Positions 8,567 to 18,087 of a DNA stretch of 64,000 nt are shown one piece after another (positions within the stretch are counted from its first letter, which is position 1; each line of letters starts with the position of its first letter). The notes under the pieces are model-generated. The model searched no databases. It was given only the letters and a program-made list of their open reading frames with translations, and had not been told where the DNA came from. A program made the translations under genes and the position numbers. Source of the stretch: Phycisphaerae bacterium (GTDB lineage Bacteria; Planctomycetota; Phycisphaerae; UBA1845); contig CAXXGO010000001.1 in NCBI GenBank assembly GCA_963666835.2, positions 1,248,001 through 1,312,000 of the forward strand, written 5' to 3'.

Positions 8567-10681
8567 GTGCGGATCATTGAACGAAAACCAAGCCTGATTC
8601 TGATGTGCGGCACGGCGTTGCTGCCGGTAGTCGTTGGAGGATGCGCGTCTCCGGGACACTCGGCCCCGGGTAATCTGCAGCGGGCGGACCAGGCTAGATT
8701 CGAGAGAGTCCGGGCGGATCGCATGCTCCGGGACGGTCGGTTCGATGAAGCCATCCGAGCTTATCTCTCGCTGTTGGAAGAGGTGTCTGACGATACGGCC
8801 GACCCGGCCACCATTCATCTGCATCTGAGCAAAGCGTATTGGGCACGGGCCGGGAGAGTCGCGGAGCAGGATGCCACGGCGGAGACGCTGGCTGCCGATC
8901 AACAGCGTGCGATAGAATCTGCGCGTACGGCCTATTCCGCGTTGCGAGACTCGGTCGAGGAATCGAAGCGGGATCTGCTTGGCCGGGCGGGTCGGACGTT
9001 GGGGGGGTATCTTCATGCCCAAGACCGACTTGACGAGGCAATTGACGTCTTCCGTAGCGTCTTGACCACAAGCGACACCAATGACGTGGGGCGTCTGCGC
9101 ACGCTCTACGAACTCGGAAACGCCTGTCTAGATCGCAGTCGGCGGCGGTCCGACCGCGCCGGCGGCAATGACGATTCGCCCGACGACCTGATTTCGGCTT
9201 TGCGCTACCTGGACGAAGCCCGGGAGATTGCTCGGCGGGTCGAAGATTGTCCGCCTGAGCTGCTGGCTTCGATCTGCAATTCGCTGGGTCTGATTCACAA
9301 CGTCCAGCTTCAGCCGGCCCTTGCGGTCGAGCGCTTCGCTCAGGCGGAGAGTCTGTGCCGTGAGTACGGTTTGACTGCGATTCATGCTGATGTCTTGCAG
9401 AACCTAGTTCTGGCGCTTGTGGAAACGGGTCGTTACACCGAAGCCCGAGAGCGATGCAAACAACTGGAGGAACTGCCTGCGACGGCGAGCGATCCGAGAG
9501 CGATGGTTGCCCTGGGCTTGGCGCTGCTGAAGCTCGGAGACTTGCCGCAGGCCCAAGAGCAGTTCGACCTGGCGCGGCACATCGTCTTGCAAGATCGGGA
9601 TTCCGGGACGGATCCGGACTTCATGGCGCAGTTGGCATGCAACGCTGCCACGGTTGCCCAAGCTATGGGGGCATTCGATGAGGCCGAACGTTACCTGAAG
9701 GATGCTAAGCGCGGAGCCGAAGCCGGTACGGTCGACCCGCGAACGGTCGCGGTGATCCAGGCCAACCTCGGGCGGATGTACCTGACTATCGAGCGTTTGG
9801 ATGAAGCCCAGACGCAGTTAGATGAAGTCCTCGAGACCTTGATTCGTCTGCAGGGTGCCCAGCATCCCGACACCCTCTTGGTACGCTTGGACCTGGCGAA
9901 CCTGGCCCGCGCTCGCGGGTATCTGGTCGAGGCGGAAGAGCAGGGTGAGGCCGCCCTGCGGGGGTTGGCATCCGCCCTCGGCAACGACCATCCCCAGACG
10001 GCTGCCGCTCGGTTGGAACTGGCTACGCTCTATCGCGATGACCGGCGTTGCCCGGAGGCAGTGGCGTTGGCGAATCAGGCCCTTGCCGCCCTGGATGTCC
10101 GGCTTGGCGAGAACCACAAGCTGGCCGTGCTGGCATGTCTGAAGGCGGCGTTGATTGCCGCGGATTGCCGGGAGGAAGGTACGGAGGATTCCGAATTCCG
10201 CCGGTTGCAGGAGGAGGCCGGACGACGCTTTGCACATTTGCGCGATACCTTGGGCTCCAAGAACATTGAAGTTCTGCGCGCGATGGTGTACTTCGCAGAG
10301 GTTTCCGCCAGGACCCCGGCCGCTCACGCCACGGCGTTGGAGCGTTTCCGTGAGGCGGAGGAGGGGTTCCTTGCTTTCTACACCGATGGTGCCAGATCCA
10401 TGGCAGCTCTACGTTTGAAGCAGGGTCGATTATTGGCGAGAATGGGCCGACTTGACGAAGCCATGCGCGTGTGTGACCGGGCGTTGCGGCTCATGAATCG
10501 CGACCTCCATCAACAACCCATCCACGCGGAGCTTCTTGCGGTCCTAGGTGACATTCACGAGTCCGCCGGTCGCCACGACCAAGCGATAGAACGCTGGCGC
10601 GAAGCGCTGGGGATCCTGACCGCTGCGTACGGTCCGGACCACCCGCGCGTCCTGAAGTTCCGCGAGCAGCGCGTTCCGTAG
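8567..10681 (+). CDS. TPR repeat lipoprotein (kinesin-light-chain-like TPRs)
   Basis: Lipobox-like VVGGC; repeats GAQHPDT, GNDHPQT, GENHKL, GPDHPRV; start uncertain (8486/8567/8603). Confidence 0.8.
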   Translation: MRIIERKPSLILMCGTALLPVVVGGCASPGHSAPGNLQRADQARFERVRADRMLRDGRFDEAIRAYLSLLEEVSDDTADPATIHLHLSKAYWARAGRVAEQDATAETLAADQQRAIESARTAYSALRDSVEESKRDLLGRAGRTLGGYLHAQDRLDEAIDVFRSVLTTSDTNDVGRLRTLYELGNACLDRSRRRSDRAGGNDDSPDDLISALRYLDEAREIARRVEDCPPELLASICNSLGLIHNVQLQPALAVERFAQAESLCREYGLTAIHADVLQNLVLALVETGRYTEARERCKQLEELPATASDPRAMVALGLALLKLGDLPQAQEQFDLARHIVLQDRDSGTDPDFMAQLACNAATVAQAMGAFDEAERYLKDAKRGAEAGTVDPRTVAVIQANLGRMYLTIERLDEAQTQLDEVLETLIRLQGAQHPDTLLVRLDLANLARARGYLVEAEEQGEAALRGLASALGNDHPQTAAARLELATLYRDDRRCPEAVALANQALAALDVRLGENHKLAVLACLKAALIAADCREEGTEDSEFRRLQEEAGRRFAHLRDTLGSKNIEVLRAMVYFAEVSARTPAAHATALERFREAEEGFLAFYTDGARSMAALRLKQGRLLARMGRLDEAMRVCDRALRLMNRDLHQQPIHAELLAVLGDIHESAGRHDQAIERWREALGILTAAYGPDHPRVLKFREQRVP

Positions 10682-10793
10682 ATCGAAGGGAATGTCGAGA
10701 TTGGAAACCACGGGGTCTCGCAGGCATCTCGTGGACCGTTGCAGCCATCCTGGGAATAGGACACTCCGATGCGGTATCTCGCCAGCCTGTCCC

Positions 10794-13592
10794 TCACTCA
10801 CCATCTATGCGGCGTTGATTCTCTCGTTGGAGTTTCCGGAGTTCTTCGGCGATTTCCGGATTGCCCAGGTCGGGGTACAGGTACTTCTGTTGTTCGATTA
10901 CCTTTATTATTCCGTGGGGGGGATGGTTTAGCGCCGTGCGGCATTGCAGGTCACGCAGAAGAGCCTGCCAGCGGATCGGGTCATTTGCCGGGAGCTGCGT
11001 GGCCACCTCCGCGAAACCGGGCAGGGCGGCAGCGAAGTCGCCCAACTGATACTGAGTTTCCGAATACCCCAGCACCACGCGCAAGTCATCCGGCTGCTTC
11101 GTCGTGGCTTCGGCGGCCGTGGGGCCCCGCAGTTTGCCGAACAGCTTGGCGGCTTCAGCGTATTGACCGGCGGCTAGATGCGCTTCGGCCAGTTGCACCG
11201 CCCACGCCCGGTGTTCTGCAGCGGGAGTGTCGGACGCATAACGATCCGACCAGGCGACAATTTGCTGGGCCAGCAGCAACGCGACTTTCGCCTTCTGGAG
11301 TGACGCCTCGGAGACATTGCGGCGCTCGATCCGCTCGGCGTCGGCGGCCAGCGTGGCGTACAGTTTCTGCAAGGTCGGGCCGGCGTTCTCCGGGTCTGCG
11401 GCTACGAATTCGGGAATGGCCCGCTCCGCTTCCTCCAATCGCCCGAGCCGTTCGTAAGCCAGAAGACGAACCCGCCAAACCCGCGCAAGCAGACCGGCCT
11501 TCGGCGAATCGGTCGTTTCGAAGTCGCGCAGAGTATCCAACGCCGCCACCGCCCGATCCATCTCGGGAATAACCTGTACTTCAGCCGCAAGCACTTTGGC
11601 CTGTCCCCGAAGCTTCCGTAAGAGGGCGGCGCGTTCGGGCTCCGGTGATGCTCCGAGAACATCGCCGGCCAGCGAGATGAAGCGACGTTGGGCCTTGAAG
11701 AACTCCTCGCCTTTGCGGCGAAGAACTAACAGGTCTTCGGTAGACTCGGTGCGGTGCTGCTGCAATGCCGACGCGAGGCATTTCACCCGGGCGAAGGTGC
11801 CCTCGACGTAGTGCTCATGCTCTTTGTGAACGAGGGCGTATTGCTCAGCGGCGGACTCGTGTTCACCAAGTTCATCAAGCAGTTGCGCATAGTAAAACCG
11901 CCAGTACTCTGCCGCTGCGGTGTCAGTGAAGCCCTCGATCAAAGCCCGCAGCGCGTTCCGATAGAGCTGCTGCGCCTCCGGGTGATCACGCAGGGATGAG
12001 TCATTATAGAGGTCTGCGGCCAACTGCACCGCATAGACCGCCGCCTGCTCGGAGCCCTCCCAAGTGGGGCAGTCCCGCACTACTTTGAGAAACCATCGCG
12101 CCGCTTCCACCATTCGACCGCGACGAAACTCCGCAACCGCTACGTTAAACAGGACTTCGGCAGTCAACGTCCGCCCGCGTCCCGTGACCGTGGCCAGAAA
12201 CCCCTTTCCCACCTCGACCACCTGCGCCAACCGCGGATCGTCCGGAGCGGCCGTCTCACCGGCGTCGAAGAGCAGACCGGCGATAAGCGCCATTCGATCG
12301 AACGAATCCATCTGATTGACATCGGCATCCGCCCCGTTGATCTGATAGACCGTTGCGTAGATCTCGTCCCGATGGTCCGGGCAGCGGTTTGCAAGTTGTG
12401 CCAACGCCTGCCAGGCGTCTTCACGGTATTGCCTGGCGTCGGCGGTTCGTCCGGCGCGCTCGGCCTGTTCTGCCCGGCTGCGGAGGATTGACCGCTCGGT
12501 CAAAGCCGCGACCAGCGACATTCCGAAGTCGTCCTTCGCATCGGCTCGGGTCGCCCGGCGGAACCGTTCAAGGCCGGCGAGCGCCGCGTCGAACTGCCCG
12601 TCGTCCCGCTCGTTACGGATACCCTCTACGTGAGCCAGCGTGACGGCCCACCGAACCGCCGCGCGGTCCTTGCGGCTGAGTCGCTCCGCGACCAGCAGAG
12701 CCCGACCGAGGTGGTGCCGCGCCGCCGTATGGTCGTTCAGCAGCCGTTCAGTCAGCCCGGCCAGGACCAGTACCTGCACCTGAACATGGCTGACGTCGTG
12801 CGGGACCTCAAGCAGCGTGGGGTTAGCGGTCAGGTAGGTCCGGATCTGATTGAGCCGGCGCACGCGGATCCGATCGGCTTCGTCGCGGGGCAGGGAGTCA
12901 TAGAGCCGAGCCCATTGCATCAGATACTCCGCCTGCGGGCCGAGCCGGTCGATCCGTTCAACGTACCCCGTGCGTTCAAGCTGCTCGAACTGCGGGATGG
13001 GCAGCGCGTCTATGCGGTTGTACTCCGCCTCCAGCTCTGCAAGCAGCGTGTTGAGAACGGTCAGGGCATGCTCGGTCAACGCGGTTAGCCGGCTGCGTTC
13101 GTTTGGATCGCCGCCGCGATACAAGGCGCTCGTAATCAACGGCTCCGCTTCATCATACAGCAGGGAGTATGCCAGCCGATACTGCCAGTCGTAACGTCGT
13201 TCGTCATTGGCGTGACTTTCGATGAGCCGTTCGAGGATCCGGTTTCCTTCGGTAATAGCGGCGCGGCGCTGGGACTCAGGCCGGTTCGGATCCGCCGACT
13301 CCGCCAAGCGGATCTCACGCTGCATCAGCAGAGCTTCCACCTCGCCGCTGGGGGGGAAGTCGAGCAGATGCCGTTCGAGCAACTCGGTCAGCCCCCGCTT
13401 TTTGAGCCCTTCCCGGAACACCTTACGATTGAGCCGTTTCTCCTCCGCCGGTGGGGCCGGACGGTCCCTGTCCGCATCGGCCGATGCGCTTGCGTTCATC
13501 ATGAAAGCCAGCAAGAGCGCGCCGGTCAGCAACGGAATGGGCCGTATGATGGCCCGGTGGGCGATAGCAACTGGGTCGATTGGCTTCGGCAT
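10794..13592 (-). CDS. large secreted alpha-helical/TPR-like protein
   Basis: Long ORF; start 13592 lies 11 nt after the exbD stop; signal-like segment LLTGALLLAFMMNASASA; TPR-like motifs. Confidence 0.75.
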   Translation of the reverse strand: MPKPIDPVAIAHRAIIRPIPLLTGALLLAFMMNASASADADRDRPAPPAEEKRLNRKVFREGLKKRGLTELLERHLLDFPPSGEVEALLMQREIRLAESADPNRPESQRRAAITEGNRILERLIESHANDERRYDWQYRLAYSLLYDEAEPLITSALYRGGDPNERSRLTALTEHALTVLNTLLAELEAEYNRIDALPIPQFEQLERTGYVERIDRLGPQAEYLMQWARLYDSLPRDEADRIRVRRLNQIRTYLTANPTLLEVPHDVSHVQVQVLVLAGLTERLLNDHTAARHHLGRALLVAERLSRKDRAAVRWAVTLAHVEGIRNERDDGQFDAALAGLERFRRATRADAKDDFGMSLVAALTERSILRSRAEQAERAGRTADARQYREDAWQALAQLANRCPDHRDEIYATVYQINGADADVNQMDSFDRMALIAGLLFDAGETAAPDDPRLAQVVEVGKGFLATVTGRGRTLTAEVLFNVAVAEFRRGRMVEAARWFLKVVRDCPTWEGSEQAAVYAVQLAADLYNDSSLRDHPEAQQLYRNALRALIEGFTDTAAAEYWRFYYAQLLDELGEHESAAEQYALVHKEHEHYVEGTFARVKCLASALQQHRTESTEDLLVLRRKGEEFFKAQRRFISLAGDVLGASPEPERAALLRKLRGQAKVLAAEVQVIPEMDRAVAALDTLRDFETTDSPKAGLLARVWRVRLLAYERLGRLEEAERAIPEFVAADPENAGPTLQKLYATLAADAERIERRNVSEASLQKAKVALLLAQQIVAWSDRYASDTPAAEHRAWAVQLAEAHLAAGQYAEAAKLFGKLRGPTAAEATTKQPDDLRVVLGYSETQYQLGDFAAALPGFAEVATQLPANDPIRWQALLRDLQCRTALNHPPHGIIKVIEQQKYLYPDLGNPEIAEELRKLQRENQRRIDGE

Positions 13593-13602
13593 AAGGGTGG
13601 GC

Positions 13603-14118
13603 TCAGGATTCTCCGAAGACAATACTCTCGCAGCCGGCGCGCAATGCGGCGTTCCAACAACCCACGACATGATCCCACGGGACGTCGTCCTCCGATACGA
13701 CGACGACGGGAGTCTCCGCATCGAATCCGGGCTGTTGGTGGATCTGGCGGAGAACATCGGTTAGTTGTCCGAAATCCGTGGGCCGGTTATCGAAGTGGTC
13801 TATCCGGATGCGATAGTCATCGTGTTCCAGACCGACTCGGTCCAGCCGCACCACGATTGGGCTGAGTGGCAGGGCGACGGACGGAGCCTTGGAATCCTGC
13901 GGCATCTGCGAAGCCAGGATCCCCTCGGCCCGCTCAAACGTCGTGGTTACCAGAAAGAAGATCAACAGGAGGAACGTCACGTCGATCATCGGTGCGAAGT
14001 TGACGGCGATCGGAACGCCCCGGGGCTCGTAGCGCCGGCGAACTCGCTGCGAGTGAACGGCGTGATCCGGATCCTTGCGTTCGGTCTCGTTCACACCGGA
14101 GTATTGTGTCGGGCTCAT
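13603..14118 (-). CDS. exbD: biopolymer transporter ExbD/TolR family
   Basis: VNFAPMIDVTFLLLIFFLV TM with conserved Asp; VPWDHVV motif. Confidence 0.9.
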   Translation of the reverse strand: MSPTQYSGVNETERKDPDHAVHSQRVRRRYEPRGVPIAVNFAPMIDVTFLLLIFFLVTTTFERAEGILASQMPQDSKAPSVALPLSPIVVRLDRVGLEHDDYRIRIDHFDNRPTDFGQLTDVLRQIHQQPGFDAETPVVVVSEDDVPWDHVVGCWNAALRAGCESIVFGES

Positions 14119-14119
14119 G

Positions 14120-14575
14120 TCACTCATCCTCCCCGACATGAGCCACCACATTGAGCATCTCGATTCCGCTCCGGGCGATCACCCGCATGACTACGCGCAC
14201 GTCGGAATAGGGCAGGCGGCGATCCGCCCGCACCACGACCTTCAGCTCGGGAGACTGCTGCTTCATCGAGATCAACCGTTCGGCAATGGTGGCCAGGGAT
14301 TCCGGCTGGTTCGGCCCGATGCTGTACAAAACCGCTCCGGATGTCGGATCGCTCGGGTCCGCGGGGCGGCAGTTTACCACGACGCGCTCGGGCATTCGCG
14401 TTACTTGCGCCCGGCTGTCCTCGGGTTTGGGGAGCTCCATCGCGACCTGCTCGGCTGAAGAGAAGCGGCTGACCAACATGAAGAAGATCGTGAGCAGAAA
14501 GATCACGTCCACCATGGGGGTGGCATTGAAGCCCAAAGTACGCGGGCGTCGATGATGGTAGCTCTCGCGACGCAT
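14120..14575 (-). CDS. exbD: biopolymer transporter ExbD/TolR family
   Basis: FNATPMVDVIFLLTIFFML; VVRADRRLPYSDV; start overlaps the exbB stop (TGATG). Confidence 0.92.
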   Translation of the reverse strand: MRRESYHHRRPRTLGFNATPMVDVIFLLTIFFMLVSRFSSAEQVAMELPKPEDSRAQVTRMPERVVVNCRPADPSDPTSGAVLYSIGPNQPESLATIAERLISMKQQSPELKVVVRADRRLPYSDVRVVMRVIARSGIEMLNVVAHVGEDE

Positions 14576-15354
14576 CAGGCTTCCCTTGGAGCGCTCTTGC
14601 CGGGATTGCGCGTCTGGGCGGTTGCCCCCGGTTTGAAGACGGCCAGAATGTGCTCCGCCGCCAGCGCACATTCGGCGGTCAGCACGTCGATACGATTGCG
14701 GAAGATGGCGTAGATGCTCAGAGCGGGAATCGCCACGGCCAGCCCCCAGAACGTTGTGATAAGAGCGACCGCAATGCGATCGGCGACAATCCGTGCTCCG
14801 GGAAAAGCGTCCGCGGCGTGGATTTGCGCGAACAGCAGGATCATACCGGTGACGGTCCCGAGAAGCCCGATCATCGGCGAGACATTCCCGATGATGTTGA
14901 CGTATTCGATTTTGCGGAACAGCCGTGCCGAGTGCTCGTCCAGGGTCTCCTCCAGAGCTCGCTGCATCGCCGAATATCCGTTCGAAGCTTCGATCAGCCC
15001 GGCGTTGAGCACTTGTCCGACCATACTGGGGTCTTCCGCCGTGAACTTGATCGCCTCGAGATACTCCTTCTTGTCGATAAGCTGCCGGGTCTGCTCGGCC
15101 ACCATTGGCGGCACCATCGTAAGCCGGCGAATCGTGAGGCAGTGTTCGATCGTCAGGGCGATGGTCACGATCGAAAGCGCGATCAACCCGAAGCCGATGT
15201 ACCCGCCCTTGACTACGAAGAAGTCGAAGTACTTGATGTCGTCCGCTGCCGCGGTGGGGTCGGTCGGCCCGTTAGTTTGCGCCACTGCGGGCAAGCCCAC
15301 CATCATCAGCGTGATCACGGCCAGGAAGCCCAGTAGGTAGATTACACGTAGCAA
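14575..15354 (-). CDS. exbB: MotA/TolQ/ExbB proton channel family protein
   Basis: SPMIGLLGTVTGMI and IAVALITTFWGLAVAIPA TM motifs. Confidence 0.93.
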   Translation of the reverse strand: MLRVIYLLGFLAVITLMMVGLPAVAQTNGPTDPTAAADDIKYFDFFVVKGGYIGFGLIALSIVTIALTIEHCLTIRRLTMVPPMVAEQTRQLIDKKEYLEAIKFTAEDPSMVGQVLNAGLIEASNGYSAMQRALEETLDEHSARLFRKIEYVNIIGNVSPMIGLLGTVTGMILLFAQIHAADAFPGARIVADRIAVALITTFWGLAVAIPALSIYAIFRNRIDVLTAECALAAEHILAVFKPGATAQTRNPGKSAPREA

Positions 15355-15414
15355 AACGATGTCCTCCCGTTTTCGGCGGGACCGTTGTGGTCCAATCGCC
15401 GAAGGTTACCAAAC

Positions 15415-16611
15415 TCAATCCGTCCGCGCCTCGTGCAGTCGCTGCCGGGCCTCCTCGGCCGCCAGCCGGGTTTCCTCCTGCAGATGCGCGTGTTGCAGGC
15501 ACTCGTCAAGTAACTCAAACGCCTTTCTGCGGTTGCCCAGACGACCAAGCACCTGAGCCGCTCCGACTAGCCCCTCGGCCGCCCGGGGATCATCCGGAAA
15601 GTGGATGGCCACCCGCATGAAAGGCCAGCTTGCTCGGATCAGATCCTCTCTAGTCGACGCGGCCTTCAGAAGCAACCGCCCTTTGAGCAAAAGGAAGCTG
15701 GGCAGCGCCGCCGCCGGACAGTGTCGAATCGCCTGGTCCAAAGCGGCCTGAGCCTCGGGTGCGAAGCCCTCGGCAGTACTCTGCTCGAGGGCGGCAAGCT
15801 GTATCTCATACGCCCGCGCCGAACCTTGTGACTCGGGTATGGCAATTGCGGCGATGCGCGCCGCTGCATTCAAGGCCCCCGGCATTTCAGCCGAGCGAAG
15901 CAGTTCATAACGCAACAACTCGAGCGGCAAGAGCTGGTCGGCCGATGAGGTTTCCGCAATCGCCCCGTCCAGATGCTCGACGGCGCGGTTGACCTTAGCA
16001 CTCTGGACCCGAGGCAGCTTGCGCGGAAGAAGCCGAACTGCCGCGGACGGACCGGACCGTTCGCTTCGCACCAGACGAACGAACGTGAGCGTTGCCTGGT
16101 CGATTCGCTCCGCCCGATCACAGGCCGTCAGCAAACGGGCGGTAATGAGATCCGTCCAAAACCCCTCACTTAATCGCAAAGTGCGTCGGTACCGCACGAT
16201 AGCCTGTTCGGCGTTCCCCTCGGCCAGATACCGCTCGGCCTGATTGAAGTCTGCGAACATCCCCCCGCGATCGACAACCACCAGATCGACATCGCTGATC
16301 CACGCGGACTTCAGCTCGTCCATGGACGGGCGAAACACGAGCTTCCCGCCTTCGAATGCCGACACAACCGCCCCCCGGTAGTTGGTTCCACGGACGATCA
16401 CCTGATCGCCCCGGGCATGCGCGCTCGGAAGAAACAGCACTAACCCGACCAGCAACACCGCAGCCACCGCCACCTTGCTGTTCGGGAATACGCCGTGGGT
16501 GTTTCGCCCAATAGCCCAGGGTCGCCGCGAACCGGCTGCCACAGGATCACGGTCCGAGGGTAAGACGGCCCCAACGGGGTTACGCCTGGCTGATGACATC
16601 CTATGCCTCAA
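15415..16611 (-). CDS. secreted TPR-like hypothetical protein
   Basis: Signal-like segment VAAVLLVGLVLFLPSAHA; C-terminal TPR (FMRVAIHFPDDPRAAEGL); true start probably downstream of 16611. Confidence 0.7.
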   Translation of the reverse strand: MRHRMSSARRNPVGAVLPSDRDPVAAGSRRPWAIGRNTHGVFPNSKVAVAAVLLVGLVLFLPSAHARGDQVIVRGTNYRGAVVSAFEGGKLVFRPSMDELKSAWISDVDLVVVDRGGMFADFNQAERYLAEGNAEQAIVRYRRTLRLSEGFWTDLITARLLTACDRAERIDQATLTFVRLVRSERSGPSAAVRLLPRKLPRVQSAKVNRAVEHLDGAIAETSSADQLLPLELLRYELLRSAEMPGALNAAARIAAIAIPESQGSARAYEIQLAALEQSTAEGFAPEAQAALDQAIRHCPAAALPSFLLLKGRLLLKAASTREDLIRASWPFMRVAIHFPDDPRAAEGLVGAAQVLGRLGNRRKAFELLDECLQHAHLQEETRLAAEEARQRLHEARTD

Positions 16612-16626
16612 TTGCGGTCACCTCGT

Positions 16627-17601
16627 TCACGGCAGATCATTCTCCGAGATGAACTTGAATTCACCCCCGTGCTCGCGGGCGATGTCCTCGAGTAGTTCCG
16701 CCCCGCTGCGGTCGAAGTACGCGATAGTGAAGATTCGCACGCGACGGCTTCGATTCCACTGGTCCAGTTGGGCAATCAACGATCGATCGAACTCGCCGTC
16801 AGTGAGAAAGTACACCAAGTCCGGTTCGGTCGCCAATGCGCGCCGCATGGCCGGGCCGGGGTCCGTGCTGCCCTCCGGATACACCTCGGCGAGGAACTCG
16901 AATAACGCCTTCTTCTGTGCGGCGATTGCGGAGACCAGTTTTTTCGGCGGGTTCTCCATCGGCTGACCCGAATTGAAGAAGATCACATGGAACTTCTGGC
17001 TGCGCCGCAGCTTCGATATGGACCGTTTCAGTTCCGTGCGAACGTGAATGAACGTATCGAGCATCGAACCGCTACGGTCCACCACGTACACGATGCGTTG
17101 TGCCCCGCGCGCCGAGGCCCCCAGCCCGAAGAAATCTGCCGAAGCGACGTGTCCGGCATTGAGGCCATACTCGGAGAAATCGCCGCCGCCCGCGCCGACT
17201 CCGATGATCGTAAGGTCGGGCTTCCGCGATCCGGCTAGCTCTGACAGCTCCTGATAATCCTGCGGAGTGAAGCGAACATCAACCGGCTCGGCCAGCGAGG
17301 ACCGTTCAGGGGTGTCCGGGATTTCTGACGGCGCAAACGAATGGCTGGTGGGGTCTCCGATAAGCTCCACCCGGGTCATTGCCGGGGGGGCTTCCTTGCG
17401 CGGGTTGAACGGGAATACCAGAAACAACAACACGATCAACCCTGCGGTGTGCAGGGCTATGGAACCGAACCACACCAATAGCGCGGTTCGCCCGGTTAAC
17501 CGCATCGGGGCCGAACCGTGATGCGGTGTGGTCGGCGAATCGGCATCGGAATCACCGGCGATGCTGACACGGCTTGTCATTGTCTGATGGACCATCGACA
17601 C
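16627..17601 (-). CDS. membrane-anchored vWA domain protein
   Basis: TM SIALHTAGLIVLLFLVF, Pro-rich linker, MIDAS VYVVDRSGSM, GSTDP, YFLTDG. Confidence 0.88.
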   Translation of the reverse strand: MSMVHQTMTSRVSIAGDSDADSPTTPHHGSAPMRLTGRTALLVWFGSIALHTAGLIVLLFLVFPFNPRKEAPPAMTRVELIGDPTSHSFAPSEIPDTPERSSLAEPVDVRFTPQDYQELSELAGSRKPDLTIIGVGAGGGDFSEYGLNAGHVASADFFGLGASARGAQRIVYVVDRSGSMLDTFIHVRTELKRSISKLRRSQKFHVIFFNSGQPMENPPKKLVSAIAAQKKALFEFLAEVYPEGSTDPGPAMRRALATEPDLVYFLTDGEFDRSLIAQLDQWNRSRRVRIFTIAYFDRSGAELLEDIAREHGGEFKFISENDLP

Positions 17602-18087
17602 CGAGCCCGCAGGACTCGCTCAAGATACCTCCCTCATACCAGGGGGGGATATAGGGGGGTCCGTTCGAACTTGAGCAGAACCTCCCGTTGCCTTTCACCC
17701 CTCACTTTCGACCGGCAGTTCGGCCGGTGACCACCGCCCTCAGGCCGGTCTCTGATCCGGTTCGAGCCCCACCGAGCACCATATGAAGTGTAGACCCACG
17801 TTGGCGCACGGTCAAACCAACGCTTTCCGACACCCGTTCGGCTGTGGACGCGTCACCCTCCGTAACATCATGTAGCATCCTCCTGCGGGTGGAGTGTCTC
17901 CGTATCTCGTGTACGGTTCGGCAAATGCTGCGCACAGTATCGTCCCGCCATCCGTCATGAACGGCGATAGCTCGCGGAATACCACGCAGGCGATGCCTTC
18001 TGACGCCACATCGACCCGCAGTGCTTTCGCCGAGTGGCCGTCCTCGATAAACTCGAGCTTACGGTTCCTCAACAACGGGAGTCTGTG

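Noticed and set aside
8302..8754. N-terminal extension of the barrel ORF overlapping the divergent TPR gene
   Set aside because: RBS and signal peptide support the start at 8301; the extension is low-complexity and Arg-rich
1..10681. Named anti-phage system (Thoeris, CBASS, Avs)
   Set aside because: No ThsA, cyclase, STAND ATPase or caspase partner is visible; only the TIR-TM-TPR gene is supported
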